A model generated the notes under the pieces. That model had not been told where the DNA came from. It saw nothing but the letters and a program-made list of their open reading frames with translations, and did not search any database. Of a stretch of 64,000 nucleotides of DNA, positions 51,255 to 64,000 are shown piece after piece; position 1 is the first letter of the stretch, and each line of letters opens with the position of its first letter. The stretch covers positions 3,844,001 to 3,908,000 of the forward strand of contig CM102289.1 of NCBI GenBank assembly GCA_046563655.1, written 5' to 3'. The position numbers were made by a program, and so were the translations under genes. This stretch comes from Yuukianura sp. NJ FZ-2021 (lineage: Eukaryota).

Positions 51255-52821
51255 ATGTTTACTGAAATTTCAGAAATCACTTTGATAAAAATAGTATATT
51301 CCTTTGGTTTCATCACCGGAATATTTCCGGTTTCAAACTTCGGTGGTTTCCACTATAAACTAAACTGGAAAAGTTATCAAGGTCTTTGGTCAATCGTTGT
51401 AGTTAGTTTCAATTTCCTTGCAGCTCCGTTCGCAATTCCATTTGCAATTGACACAATTAACACAACAGTTGGAATGGACTTTGAACGAACAAAGTTGGAT
51501 TTTCATCTGATACACATCTTATATTACACTGCTCTGACGTATCTAATTTCAATGTTCTTTGCGCATTTGTATTCAATGCACTCCGTTGTGGAACTCTTTA
51601 ACACAATAGTAAGCTTTACACAAAAAAACGCGACTAGTTGTACGTATTGTCCTAAAATATTGCTAACAAGAAGTCTACATATCTTGGCCTACATCGGAAC
51701 ATTCTTGCTGGTGGAGTATAATATGCTTACTAGAATGAGTCGATTTAAATTTCCAACCGGCTCCCCCTATTACGAGATCTACGGACTGACAATTCCGTAC
51801 GAATTTTTGAAATGCGCTGTGGCAATTTTGTTCGCTTTAGTGGAAGCTGCGAACATTTTTGGTGCCACTTTCGTTACCATGGTAACAATTATTCTTGAAC
51901 AACGCTTGACTTGTCTGGAGAAGCTACTTCCGCAGGAAACTACTGTACTACCAGGTCAAGGAGCGTGGCGCCGCAAATGCTTAAAATCAAACTTTGGCTC
52001 CATTGCATCGGAGTTTCTTGAGCTGCGACAAATGTTCAAAAAGTTCATGCGTAGCGTCCAACCGTTTCTGCTCGTTCAGATCGGTTTTTGCAGTATCATG
52101 TTCACAGTTGCTACATATCACTTGTGCGCCACAACAGTCGAAGCTTGGAAGCAAAATCGCACAATGTATATTGCAGACTTCATCAGCTTGGGACTGCTTT
52201 CGTTGAAGTTAATTTGGATCACAGATTGCGGAACCCGACTTTCCAACAAGGTAACGGGATTTACTTATTTTGAGTTAACTGCATTAACTAAAATTTTAGT
52301 AACTAAATTTAAATAACTAACATATTACACAACCAACACGTTTAATGAAATAACTAAGCACCACTTATGTAACATTCAAAAACACGCAAGCGCACAATGA
52401 TATACATTTTACCTACTTTGTTTAACACAGTGTAAAATGCAACTAAGTAAAATCAGGTATGTTGGGTGGTAGAGCCTGTTAAATTTTACATAACCTGTCT
52501 TTCATTATATACAGAGTGAGTCGTTAGCAGAATCAATTGAAGCGATAGATCCGACGAACACATTTGATCAAGATGGGTTGTACTACCTACGCAACTTGGC
52601 AACAAGTCAAAAATTTGAGCTCTCAGTGTTTCAATATTTCAAAGTTAACCGATCTCTCCTAACATCCGTACGCACAAATATGAAAATATTTCTCATAAGA
52701 ATTCACGATTTAATGTTAATGTTACATATGCATTGTTTAGATCCTCGGTACTGTGGTAACTTACAATGTTGTACTCCTACAATTTCAAAGCTCACGGTCA
52801 CTGCCTTCTATGCCTCCCTAA
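51255..52821 (+). CDS. Gustatory receptor
   Basis: Exons 51255-52250, 52515-52667, 52741-52821; long first exon plus phase-0 C-terminal introns; TM7 motif GTVVTYNVVLLQF. Confidence 0.9.
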
Positions 52822-53547
52822 ACTATACAAGGATTGAAGTTATACGCAACTAATTATTTATTCAATATTAGATGATTAAGTTGAACCAATAACGGTGAGG
52901 TGAGTCTAACCTCTCATATAATATAAAACATAATCTAAAAAAAATTAAAAGACGAAAAACGACTAGCCCTTTTCTCGCTAGCAAATTTAGTGGTTTAAAA
53001 AAAATACACCCTCCCTCCCCACCCTGCCGTTCACTACGAAGGAGAAACGAATTAAATGGAACGGAAGTAAAACTCTATTGTTAATTCTAAGGTACACCAT
53101 AATTTTTATTATTAATTAGGGTTAGGAACACATTTTACTTTGGATCGTAATAATAGTTTTTTTTTGGTTCGACAGATTTTGAGTATTACAATCTACAACG
53201 TTGTCATCTCCCAACTGCAAACGCGTCCAGCCTAAATGATTATCGGCGTGCAAGTTAGTCTTCACGTACAATTACATACAACGTGTAATGCGAATATCCA
53301 TTTGTTCCTCTTGTTTTTTGTAGCAATTTAATCTTAATTACGCTTCATTTCTTCTCCATTCAGAACTGGTTAATAAATGAAAACAGTTACAAAAACATAT
53401 ACCTTGTCCTTGAAATTTTCAAAAAGACAATGGAAAAAATTCATAACCTATAATAAAACATTTGCACTAGATATGCAGATTGGATTTCTCACCATATGGC
53501 TGCTTACTAAATTGACAGTTTAGTTTACCTTAGTAATACTTTAGAAC

Positions 53548-55042
53548 ATGGACGTCAGTGCCTTACGTCTTGCGATTATCTTGATTCTGACACATCTTTC
53601 ATATGTTATTCCCTATGACGTCGCCATCGCTCGTAGGATTTGCGCTGTTGGAAAAGCTCGGGGTGTATCGGATTTTGTGATGCTGTCTGCCATTGAAACC
53701 TGCATCGTGGAATCTGGTTGTCGAAACTTGGCTTATGGAGACCGAGATTCCGTTGGAGTATTTCAGCAGAGACGAAGTTGGGGTACTTACGAGGAGCGAA
53801 TGAACGTTGAGATTGCTGCCGGGAAGTACTTCGTCGAAGCTAAGAAATGCAACAAACCTACGGCGGGACAACTGGCGCAGTGCGTCCAGCGGTCTGATTT
53901 TCCTGCCAAGTACGACCAAAAGGAGTTCGCAGCGAAGAAGTTGATGGCAGAAGCAGGAAATTGTGGCACGGGAATTCCGCACACGCCTGGAAGCGGAGCG
54001 TACAACGAAGCTCGTACGAATTTCCAAAATGCGCTATCATCAAATTCAAATTTTATAGGTCTGAAAATTCAATGTTTCAAAAGTTATTTTGTTTAGCTTG
54101 CTCCTCTGTTGGGCACTGTTACAACCGTGACTCTGAGAAATGCAGTGGAAGCTCGCAGAGTACCGTTGGCGGAAAATTCGCTTGTCCAAGTCAGCCGGAC
54201 AACATTGTTTGTTGCGTTGGAGGGAATACTGAAAGTAGCTCCGTACGCAATGAGCATCGTAAGTCGTGTTTAATGTACTTTCAAAAACAGCATGTTGAAA
54301 CAATGTTTTTGTTGCCACGTAATTTTGATTTCAGCATGTTCATCTATGGGACATTGCTACAATCGTAACAGTGAGAAATGTGACGGCAGTTCACAGGAAA
54401 AGGTTGGAGGTCAATTTGCCTGTCCAAGTCAACCGGACGACATTGTTTGTTGCGTAAAAAGTGTCACAGCTCAAGCAGGAAACATTCGAAACGAACACCG
54501 TATGTGTTATTGCGTAGTTAACCCTAAGCTTGTATATGCTATATTTCACCAAATCATGATAAAGACAGGACAAAAACAAATACTCTCAGTATGTAACCCT
54601 GCACTTAAAATATTCAATTAGCTAGCTTTGCTTTATGCTGGACATTTAGCATGCAGTACCGTTGGAAGTTGTTATGACAGGAACAGCGGAATGTGTCCAG
54701 AAGATCGACAGGCAATCAAAGTAGGCGGCGAGTGGTCGTGTCCCACACAGCCCGACAACATCATCTGTTGTCGCAATGCTGGTGGAAAGCCTGCTGCAAG
54801 TCCTGGGCTTGTCCCCAACGAAGCTCGTATTAAACAAATTCGTTTTCATATAAGGCATTCCAGTAAAAGCATTGATTAGGCATGCTGATGTTTTTTTTAT
54901 ATTTACAGCCTGCAGCGATTCGGGATTCTGTTTCGACCAAGATACATATTCATGTCCAACCGGGAAAAGCGGCCCTAAAACGGGTGACGGCAGATTTGTG
55001 TGTCCAACTCAGAAGGACTCCATTATATGCTGCTTTAACTAA
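53548..55042 (+). CDS. Secreted bacterial-type lysozyme-like/transglycosylase domain fused to four 6-Cys modules (367 aa)
   Basis: Exons 53548-54013, 54097-54258, 54335-54499, 54650-54826, 54909-55042, all phase-1 introns; AIETCIVESGCRNLAYGDRDSVGVFQQRRSWG...LAQCVQRSDFPAKY; four C-x3-G-x-C...C...CP[ST]Q.D.I.CC repeats. Confidence 0.85.
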
Positions 55043-55870
55043 TTCTTAATTTACCTCTGCGCATAAGCTCAACGCACCATTCAGAAATGCATGCGTTTCT
55101 ACAATTTTCAAAGCACAGCAAAAGCAGTCGCAACATAATTTTAAAGTGACAGAGGTTTTTTTTTGTTTAAAATCTTACAAAGTTTTAGCTGAAAATTAAT
55201 TTGGAAGTTTGGAATCAATATGCCTTAAAAATAATGTTATTTCGTGTACTTCCTTTAAATGTTGTAGTTTATAAAAAAAAGTGTAGTTTTTTTTTATAGT
55301 AAACGATACGATACAGTTAATTACTTTGCAAAAGCGAACTCTATACGGAAAAACTTATGATTTACCAGTTATACTCTCGAAAAGCTTTGATCTTAAGTTT
55401 TATGATCGTTTTTAATAAACTAATTTTTATATTTTAATCAGAAAAGCAACAAGATTATGCTAGCAAAGCTTGAAACACAGTACTCAAAAAATAGTATTTC
55501 TAAACAACACATTTACGGTGGATACTTTCAAAAACGTTGACGTCGATTATTGATTGCGCATTTTAAAATGTCTTTAAGCTATTTTTATGTAATTTTTGAA
55601 AAGCGTGGCAATTATAAAGCAATAATGTTCTGTATTCTGCATGTTTTTGACTCAACAATTACCAGATTCTGAAATTTTAAATACATTTCAACAGATTTGG
55701 AATTAAAAATTCAAATTCTGATAAAATTAAAAAAAAGCAAGTGTGCAAGTTGCCACAAAAAGAATTTTTTAGCCACGTCAGGGAAATTGTCCGTTAAATA
55801 GACCTGCAGCAAACAGCGAGATTTGTGAGTTCCGGAATAATATTTTTCAAAAACAGAATTATTTTCCAAA

Positions 55871-56394
55871 ATGAATCCTTTACTTGTCTTGGGAGCCCTT
55901 GTGTGCCTTGCTGCATCGGCTGCTGGTGCCGCAGCTCCAGCACCGCTGTGCTTTGCAGAACACAATGCCGAGCGACAGAAGAACGGAAACGTCAAACCAT
56001 TGACCTGGGATGCAAAAGTAAACAAAAATTTCTACCTTAATTTTTTTAAGTTTCCAAAAAACTTTCTTTTGCATTTAAATGTTGTCTTTTTTAGTTGGCA
56101 CAAGCTGCAAAAGCCCATAACGACGTAATGGTGAACACTCCATGCTTCAGTCATCAATGCACAGAAGTCAATGAGCCGGCTCTCGGTGCTCGAGTAACCG
56201 CAACAACCTATTCGTGGCAAAGAGTTGGGGAAAATGTTGCCTATGGACAGGCTAACTGCGCAGAAGTAATGACAAGCTGGATGAATTCACCAGGACACAG
56301 AGCAAACATTCTGAAACCGGAATTCGCAAACGTCGGTTGCGCTACTGGTGGAAATCCAATCAAATGGACTTGTGTGTTCGGAACTTCCTGGTAG
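55871..56394 (+). CDS. Secreted CAP/SCP domain protein of bacterial (YkwD-like) type
   Basis: Exons 55871-56017 and 56095-56394; signal peptide; HNAER, LAQAAKAH, FSH, GENVAYG and WMNSPGHRANIL motifs. Confidence 0.9.
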
Positions 56395-57499
56395 ATCGAT
56401 GTTTCTCTTTTCCAGAACTTCAAAAATGGAAATTCTCGTTAACAAAAATTATAATTGTTCTGGAAGTTTAAAATTGAATTGGGATTACCTTTACAATAAA
56501 TTGCATTCGATTTTCTCTTGCATTTCTGAAGAAGGACAAGCTTTAAGAAATCTAAGTTCAAAAATACTATTAACCTCCAGAGGCAACTATTTTTAAAATA
56601 TTCACAGCATTTGAAATATGTTACAATATTAATGCCAACTTCTTGCATGCTTAATCTTTACAAGCCAAAACATTTGCACATGTGTATAAAAATGTTTGAA
56701 GGTCAAATTTTTCAAGTTGTAACATTAGAGCATGAAGCAAACTCACAAGTGTTTTATATAAATGTATTAATTAGTACGAAGCCACGGAAAACATTTTCGA
56801 AAAATCGACAGTTAAAACATGTAGAAGGTCTGGCATTATGATTGTCTTTGAAAAAACGTACAAATTTGGCTCTTGAACTTGAAAATGTTGTCATTTCGTA
56901 CGTCAACTGTTTTTAATTTATAATATACATTATTTGATAAAGTCTTGATTTCGCCAAAAAATTAATGAATTCCATTTGTCATGTTTAACAGTAACCAAAT
57001 ATGTTTTACGTTGCGTTGAGGAGTTACCTACACCCAGGGGAAAGTTTCCCTGTGTCCATTTCTTTAAATTCTGCATATCAATTATTTTATTCATGCAGTT
57101 CGATAAAAGTTCACTTTTTTTCTAACTCAGCTTATAATCTTATGAAAACTATATTCTTAAAATGCAAAATCAACCTATTTTGATTACATTTGTTGTACTT
57201 TTAGTCTCATCAAAAGGCACTGGTCCTTCCAACTCCGTTGCACACAGCAGTGGTTGAAGTGCAAAAATGGAGCCTGGAATACCTCAGTTTATTCATTGAT
57301 TGCCTAAATACAATGAGTCGTTAGTGCATGAAATTGAGAGATTAAATTCATGGCTTAATATTTATTTATAGTGTGTAATGAAGAGGTGTCCAAATACTTT
57401 AAACGTTTCACAGCTCACTATTATTCGTTACAGCCACTGTATTTCGCCCACACTGTACAATAACTTTTCGATTTTTGTAGGTTTTAGAACTTCTGTTAA

Positions 57500-59588
57500 A
57501 TGGGAGTAGACACAGACAGCAAGTGTGCTGAAGCTAAAATTGAAAAGGAACCAAAATCTGTGGAAGACGTATTAGAAAAAATAGGTATTCTTTCTCATAA
57601 AATACTCCAACCTTAGAAGAAATGAGCCTCAATTATAATTACATTTGATTCTTCTTTGATTTTTTTTGGAATGCAGGAGGATTTTCTTGGTTTCAGGTTT
57701 GCGTAAGTTTGATTTTACTTTTACCGGAAATTCCAGTAGCAATGATAGTAATGTCACCACTTCTAACTGGGTCGACGACACTCAACTACGAAAACTACGA
57801 ATGTGTAAATTCACCTGCAGTTAACGTCTCGAAAGAAAATTTCTGCAGCATTTTATCCAACTGCTCTGAAATGAGTTACGATAGCACACTGCCTTATACA
57901 TCTATCGTACAAGAGGTTTAAACAACATAAGTTTTTTTTTTCAGTTTTTTTAATTTATAGGAAACTTAAAATATTCATACCATTTCTACTAATTGATTTC
58001 AGTGGAAGTTGTACTGTGAACGAGACTGGATCGCCAACATGATCACTTCCGTGCAAATGGCGGGATGTACTATTGGGGCGCTAACTTTTCCACAATTGGC
58101 GGACAGGTTACTTTATCGCTAACGAACGCGTGGATTCAAGTCTGAAACTTTTTTTGAGTTTGCTTTTTTAAAATGAGGAATTGCATTGTTCCTTTCTGTA
58201 GATTCGGCAGACGAATATTGTTCTTTGCGGTATGCTTCCTGATGGGAATAACCGGTGTTGCCGCAGGGTTCGCACCAAATGTTGCCGTTTTCGGATTTCT
58301 TCGGCTTCTTTCGGGACTCTCCGTTGGCGGACTTTATATGATCTATCTCAACTACCTCATGGAGTTTCTAGTACCGTCTGCTCGCATGGCATGCGGCTGC
58401 GTCACATTCTGGGCCGTCGGTGAAATGATTTTGGCGCTCATAGGCTACTGCTTACCTGCTTGGAGAGATCTGTCAATCGCAATAGCTCTTCCACTTTTAC
58501 TTGTCCCCCTTGCTATTCCGTAAGAAAGAAAATAATGCTTTGACAAATTGCTTGGCAATAAAATTTACAGAACAAGTTTTAACTTTCAAGGTGGCTTCCA
58601 GAATCTCCTAGATGGCTACTATGTCACAATAGAATATCGGAAGCCAAAGACGTGTTTAACAAAATCGCGCATTGGAATGGGCGAGAAGGAGTGACGTTAC
58701 CACAAGTACAAGGTGTCCATGCTCGAATCCATTTTCAAAATGCGAAAGCCGCTGAAGCAATATTTACAAAAGATGACAGTACAAATCGCCATAAGCGAAG
58801 CTGGAAATCATTGGAAGTTTTTTCAGTATTCGAGCATGGTAGTTATCGGCGCCAATTTTTGGTGTTGAGCTTGTTATGGTTTACTATGAATCTCCTGTAT
58901 TACGGTCTCAGCTTTAACACCAAGAATCTAGCCGGTGATTCATATCTCAACATTCTATTTATGGGCTTATCCGAACTTCCAGGTCCGTTTTCTGGATTAT
59001 TTTTCAGTAATCGTTTTGGTAGGAAACGGACCATGATTGGGTTCTTGTCGATTAGTGCAGTCCTACTGACAATTCTTGCAACGTTGCAAGTAATGCCACC
59101 AGATCATATTGGAATTCAAATCAAAGTAAGTATTAAAACAAAGGTATTTTTCAAAATCATGTTTCGGTAATCTTAGAGTTTTTGGACATTAAATTTTAAA
59201 AAGGTTTCAGATGCTGTAAAATGCTTGGCCTTGGCGGGACGATACTGCAATGCTGCAGGATTCGCTGTCATGGCTTGTGCAACAGCAGAGTCGTTTCCAA
59301 CTTCTGTACGACTGACATATGCGGGTGTGTGCGGATTCTTTGGAAATATTGGCGGCATTCTTGCACCTCAGCTTGTATTACTCACAACAGGTACGAATAG
59401 TACTCGGAGAAGATATCGACATATTTAAATTGTTAAAACTAACTAATATAGTTGCGTTTGTTTCTTTAGTGCATTCCGGTTGCCCATACATCGTATTTTC
59501 TCTACTTAGCATTTTCGTAATAATTTTGTGCCTATGTCTAAAAGAAACTGCTGAGCATCCACTAAACGACGTGGTCAAGAATACGTAG
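57500..59588 (+). CDS. SLC22 / organic cation transporter-like MFS protein
   Basis: VEDVLEKIG, SIVQEWKLYC, LADRFGRR, WLPESPRWL, YYGLSFN, ESFPTSVR and LKET motifs across ~7 exons. Confidence 0.92.
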
Positions 59589-60405
59589 CTTTTTTCACAT
59601 TCAAAATTTTTTGTTTAACGAAATATTTATTGACACATCATGTTAGGTAAGAGGAATTTTCATCGGAATACAATTTGTGTTTGTTCGATGTTGTAAGCAG
59701 AAATTGATTTTAACTTTAACAGAATCGAAATTTAGAGTACATTTTTGTTAAGTTTCCGATTTAACTTTTTATTGCAACGCTGCCCAATTATTGAAACGAC
59801 TTTGCCCTTTCTGTAATACACATTTTTTTAGGTTATTAGATGAAGTATTGAGGGAACGTGATTAAGGCCAGCCACAAGAACCTTACTTTGCTTTCTCGCA
59901 ATGTCAAGGTTCCTCAAGTCTGAGAGCTCCAATTTGGTTTTACTTGTTAGAAGGGTAGATATTTCACACGATGCTACTTGCGGCAAGACCAAACTGTTAA
60001 AAAAGTGTCCTAGAAATGTTCCCAGACTACAAACTACAGAGTTAAAAATAGCGGTCAAAATTATTTCCTAGGGGAAATACTGAAGAATAACGGTAAGGCC
60101 ACTGAATTTGGTACCACTTGTCCATGACATGCAACTTAGCCTTGTCATTGAAAGACAGATAACCATATTTTCCTTCCCGACATAAATATTAACAAATGGA
60201 AAAAGTACAAAGACTTTATTCCTCGATCTAGTTGCGTCACTCACTTTAGTTGAAATATTTGCATTGTTCACTTTTGGCATAGCCTGGCGTTAATTCCCCA
60301 AAACATTTGCTGCACTACTTCTGTATTATACAGAGTATTTGTTCAGGGATATCTATTCACATTTCGTTGCAGCAACAGGAACTCAGAACAAACTAGAGAA
60401 GGAAA

Positions 60406-63203
60406 ATGCGGCATACACTTATTAGCATAATTGCGTTCATTGGCGTGATGCCAATTGCCATTTGTTTCAAAAACTTAGAAAAAATATTGCAACAATACGC
60501 GGAAATCCAAGAAGCAAAGGATGCGCGTCGAGTCGGTAGTAATCCAGGATACTTTCACAAAGTCGAAGAATACGATTTTGTTATAAGTGAGTAAACAACA
60601 TTGTTTTAATCAACCATGCTGACCGATATTACAATTCAATCAAAAAAATTTTCTAGTCTTAAACTGGTCAACCACCATACATAAATTTGCAGAAAAGATC
60701 GTGAACGTTTAAACTTTTTAATAGTTGGCGCTGGATCTGCTGGAGCCCTAGTAGCAAATCGATTATCGAAGCACCGAAATATACGAGTATTGATTTTGCA
60801 AGATGGCGGCAATCCCAATCCAATTGTAAACGTTCCCGGTCTTGCTAACGAAATTCGACGAAAACCAACTACAGATTATAGCTACAGAATTGTAAAACAG
60901 AAAAAAGCATGTTTGGCACCTAATGCATACGACTCAGTAAGTTTCTTTTTCTTTATTTTATATTTTACACACTATCCGTTGCAGCATGACCTTTTACATA
61001 ATGAAAGGTCATGCTACAGCAGATACACTGTAAATCATCAAATAAGATTAAAATTATAAGTAAAGTATAAAGTAGAATAAGTAAAGTTATAAATAGTATT
61101 TTATATCTTAAATTCGCGTGGAATAATGCTGTACACACTTTCTTAACAGAATTGCTTGGTAAATCGGGGAATTGGATTGGGCGGGACAAGCAATTTTTAC
61201 TCTATGACAGTTATCCAAGGAAACTCCAGAGACTACGACGAGTGGGCTGAACTCACTGGAGACTCATCATGGGGCTATTCAAATGTTTTAAAAGTTTTCA
61301 AAAAGTTGGAAGACTATCACGGCTACTATCAACCAATAGGTTTTGAATTTCTTGTGCTCTCGATGAAACATTCAAAAGTTTTAGATAGCTCTGTTTTTTA
61401 GATGAACAGTTTCACGGCTTAGGCGGGGAGTCATACGTGTCAGCACAGCTACCATCACCACTGCCTCCACTTATATATGACGCCTGCGCCGAACTGGGGT
61501 TAGCAATTAACATCGATCCTAATGCTAACCAATCCGTGGGCTGCGCTCACTTGGACATTAACATCAAGCGAGGAATTCGATGGGGAAGCTACAACGCGTT
61601 TCTAAAACCAATTTTGAGTAGACCAAACTTAAAGATATACCGCTACGCCAAGGCGGTAAAGGTAGGCATCTGATACGCTTGTGCTAAATTGCCATTGTAA
61701 TCGCATGTTTTGCTACTAGATAAATTTTGACGCAAATCTGCGCGCCACAGGCGTGACTTATGTAAGACACGGAGTAGAACACACAGTGAATGCCAAGCAT
61801 GAAGTAGTTCTCTGCGCAGGATCAATTGACTCACCAAAACTCCTTATGCTTTCAGGCATAGGCCCAACAGAGTGGCTCAAGTCTGTCGGGGTAAACCTGT
61901 ATTTATAGAGCATAACTATAAAACTCCTACGTGAAATTTAAATACATTTTATTAGATATTACTAAAATCTACACTTTTTCCTCCGAAATTTCAGGTAAAG
62001 CAGTTGGTCAACTTGCCCGTTGGGAAAACACTGGTGGATCATATTGGAGCCAACTTGGAATTCACAGTCAGTGGGCCCAACATTGCTTTCGTTCCACAAC
62101 GAGACACAACTCCTGCTGTTTTGTTAGAGTATGCAACCAATGGCACTGGTATACGACGAAATTATTTATTATGTTATGTATTTAATATGTTGCTTATGCT
62201 GTTATACTGAACAACACCCAAAATCAATATCAGCAAAACTATGTTTTTACTTCTTCCCATGTATTTTTATTGATTTTTTTTTTTCGGTTTCTCAATAAGG
62301 TCCTTATGCTTCCCCGTTTTTCAATCCACGAGCCTTGGTGTATATGACTACGAAAGAATTCAACAGTCCACTGTGGCCTGATATTGAAGTTCTTTACCGC
62401 GGGGAATATGAAAACACATCTCTTGGAAATAACGTTTACCAAAACAAAATTTTGGCTCAAGTAATTCTAATGCGTCCCCTCAGTTCTGGTTATTTGAGGC
62501 TAGCTAGCAAGAATCCTAGTGATCCGCCAGTAATCGATCCACAAATATTTTCCAATTCAAGCGACTTGAATCGGCTAGCCGAAGGTCAAGGAATTTTTTT
62601 TACCAATTTGGAACAATTAATATACACTACAATACATTTTTTATTTGGTTTCAGGGGTTCGGTTTGCAGTAAAACTATTAAGGGAGACGAAAGTATTTAA
62701 AAATCTTGATGTCAAGTTAATAAGGTTACCAGCGTGTGAGAAGTATTTGAAACGGAAGCAGAAATATGCCAAATGCATTGTACAGCAGGCAACGTTTACG
62801 CGTAAGTATTCTAAAGTTCTAGCATTACACTGTTGATTTGAATTGTGCTGTATGTACAGTATGTCACCCGGTGGGAACTGTTAAAATGGGCAGCGCCGAT
62901 GACATGTCAGCCGTCCTTGACTCAAAACTGCGGTAAACTTTGCGTCCTAAAATTTTAATTTTAACTTCAAATAAATTTTATGTCTATTTTATTTTTACTT
63001 TTAAATGCTTAAGTGCTTATTTTGATGTTAAAGGTTACAAGTACATTTAAAATTTTAGGGTTCGTGGAACATCGGGCCTGCGTGTCGTGGACAGTTCCGT
63101 AATGCCCACTGTTCCGGATGGGCACACTCACACGCCGACTCTCATGATTGGGGAAATGGGATCACAGTTTATCTTATCAAAATATTTTCGGAGCCTGAAA
63201 TAA
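60406..63203 (+). CDS. GMC oxidoreductase (glucose dehydrogenase-like), secreted
   Basis: Signal peptide, YDFVIIGAGSAG FAD motif, GLGGTS, EVVLCAGSIDSPKLLMLSGIGP, CHPVGT, GLRVVDSSVMP; ~11 exons. Confidence 0.93.
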
Positions 63204-63503
63204 TGGAAAATAACGTTGGCTAAGTACTGAAAGCAACTTTAAGTGACATTTAATCGAATTTCTTTAATCAATGGGAAAACATTGGAGGTGTCTGTGTATA
63301 ATGCATACTGTAAAATCAGGACCAGTTCTTCTCTGTAATGTGGTTTTATTCACCTTGTATTAAATTCTTGTACGTTTTAGAGAGTGAAGAGGTTAATGCG
63401 TAAAGTAGATACCTTTTTCCTACTTGTTAGCAACAAATTTAGAGCCTCTCACCTAATGCAAACAATGTTTAAAGAAAAAAATCTACTAACGCTTCAAAGT
63501 TAT

Positions 63504-64000
63504 TTAGTATGGAAAACGTTGTTCTCTAGGATCGCTGCCAACTTCAACAAAATTATATCCTTCCTGTTGCTGATGGTAGTAAAATTGCATCCAAAGAAAT
63601 TTCAAACATGAAAAACTTATCTTACTGGAATGAATTAATCTTGAACTTAGATAATCTCTGCACCATGTCTCTGTTTCCAAATTCGTTAGGTCTTGATCCA
63701 CAACGTTTGAATATTCGGCTTCATTGTTTTTGCTTGCGGTTACACCCGCGTTGCTACTATGTGGTTCCTGTACATCCGGAACTGTACTAATTTTTGGCAG
63801 TATTCTAGGTTCTTTTTTGAAATTTGAACCACCTGGCAAAACAAAATTTGGAAAAATTGAGTTGGATCTTGTTAAAGCATCGTTGCGGACTTCAGTTGAC
63901 GCGCCATCATTTTTTGGAGCAGGAGAATTTCCATGAACTGGAGGCGGAAGAACGTTTATCACCGTTCCAGATCCGGCCGTTTCTAAATCAGGTTCGCCGG
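63504..64000 (-). CDS. Partial 3' portion of an unidentified gene entering from the window edge
   Basis: Frame open from the window end (GEPDLETAGSGTVINVLPPP...), low-complexity/disordered peptide, possible GTAAG donor near 63625. Confidence 0.45.
   Translation of the reverse strand, partial: GEPDLETAGSGTVINVLPPPVHGNSPAPKNDGASTEVRNDALTRSNSIFPNFVLPGGSNFKKEPRILPKISTVPDVQEPHSSNAGVTASKNNEAEYSNVVDQDLTNLETETWCRDYLSSRLIHSSKISFSCLKFLWMQFYYHQQQEGYNFVEVGSDPREQRFPY

Noticed and set aside
53548..56394. Bacterial contamination as the source of the bacterial-type genes
   Set aside because: Both genes have GT-AG introns, AT-rich flanks, and lie contiguously between a gustatory receptor and an SLC22 gene

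Overview
Eukaryotic, intron-rich, AT-rich arthropod DNA. Short introns, BEL/Pao and MITE content, methuselah-like and gustatory receptors and bacterial-type secreted genes suggest a hexapod, most plausibly a springtail (inference). 1-22 kb: 5' half of the actin nucleator gene spire (minus strand, six coding exons) with MITEs, a palindrome and an assembly gap in its introns. 23-29 kb: a 5-HT7-like GPCR that appears to lack the amine-binding Asp, a GPCR fragment, and a 1.45-kb tandem duplication carrying two intronless 12-Cys secreted proteins. 29-38 kb: a decayed chemoreceptor-like pseudogene hit by a MITE and by a complete, apparently very young 7.9-kb BEL/Pao LTR retrotransposon. 38-48 kb: a head-to-head pair of small unknown paralogs and two methuselah-like GPCRs, one with a hAT-type MITE carrying an 11-bp minisatellite. 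48.7-56.4 kb is the most interesting part: two secreted stand-alone C2-domain genes, a gustatory receptor, a secreted bacterial-type lysozyme-like domain fused to four exon-duplicated 6-Cys modules, and a bacterial-type CAP gene with an intron; this may be a partly horizontally acquired antimicrobial effector cluster. The window ends with an SLC22 transporter, a divergent GMC oxidoreductase and a partial minus-strand gene. Exon boundaries were read by eye from GT/AG sites and frame continuity; no database searches were run.
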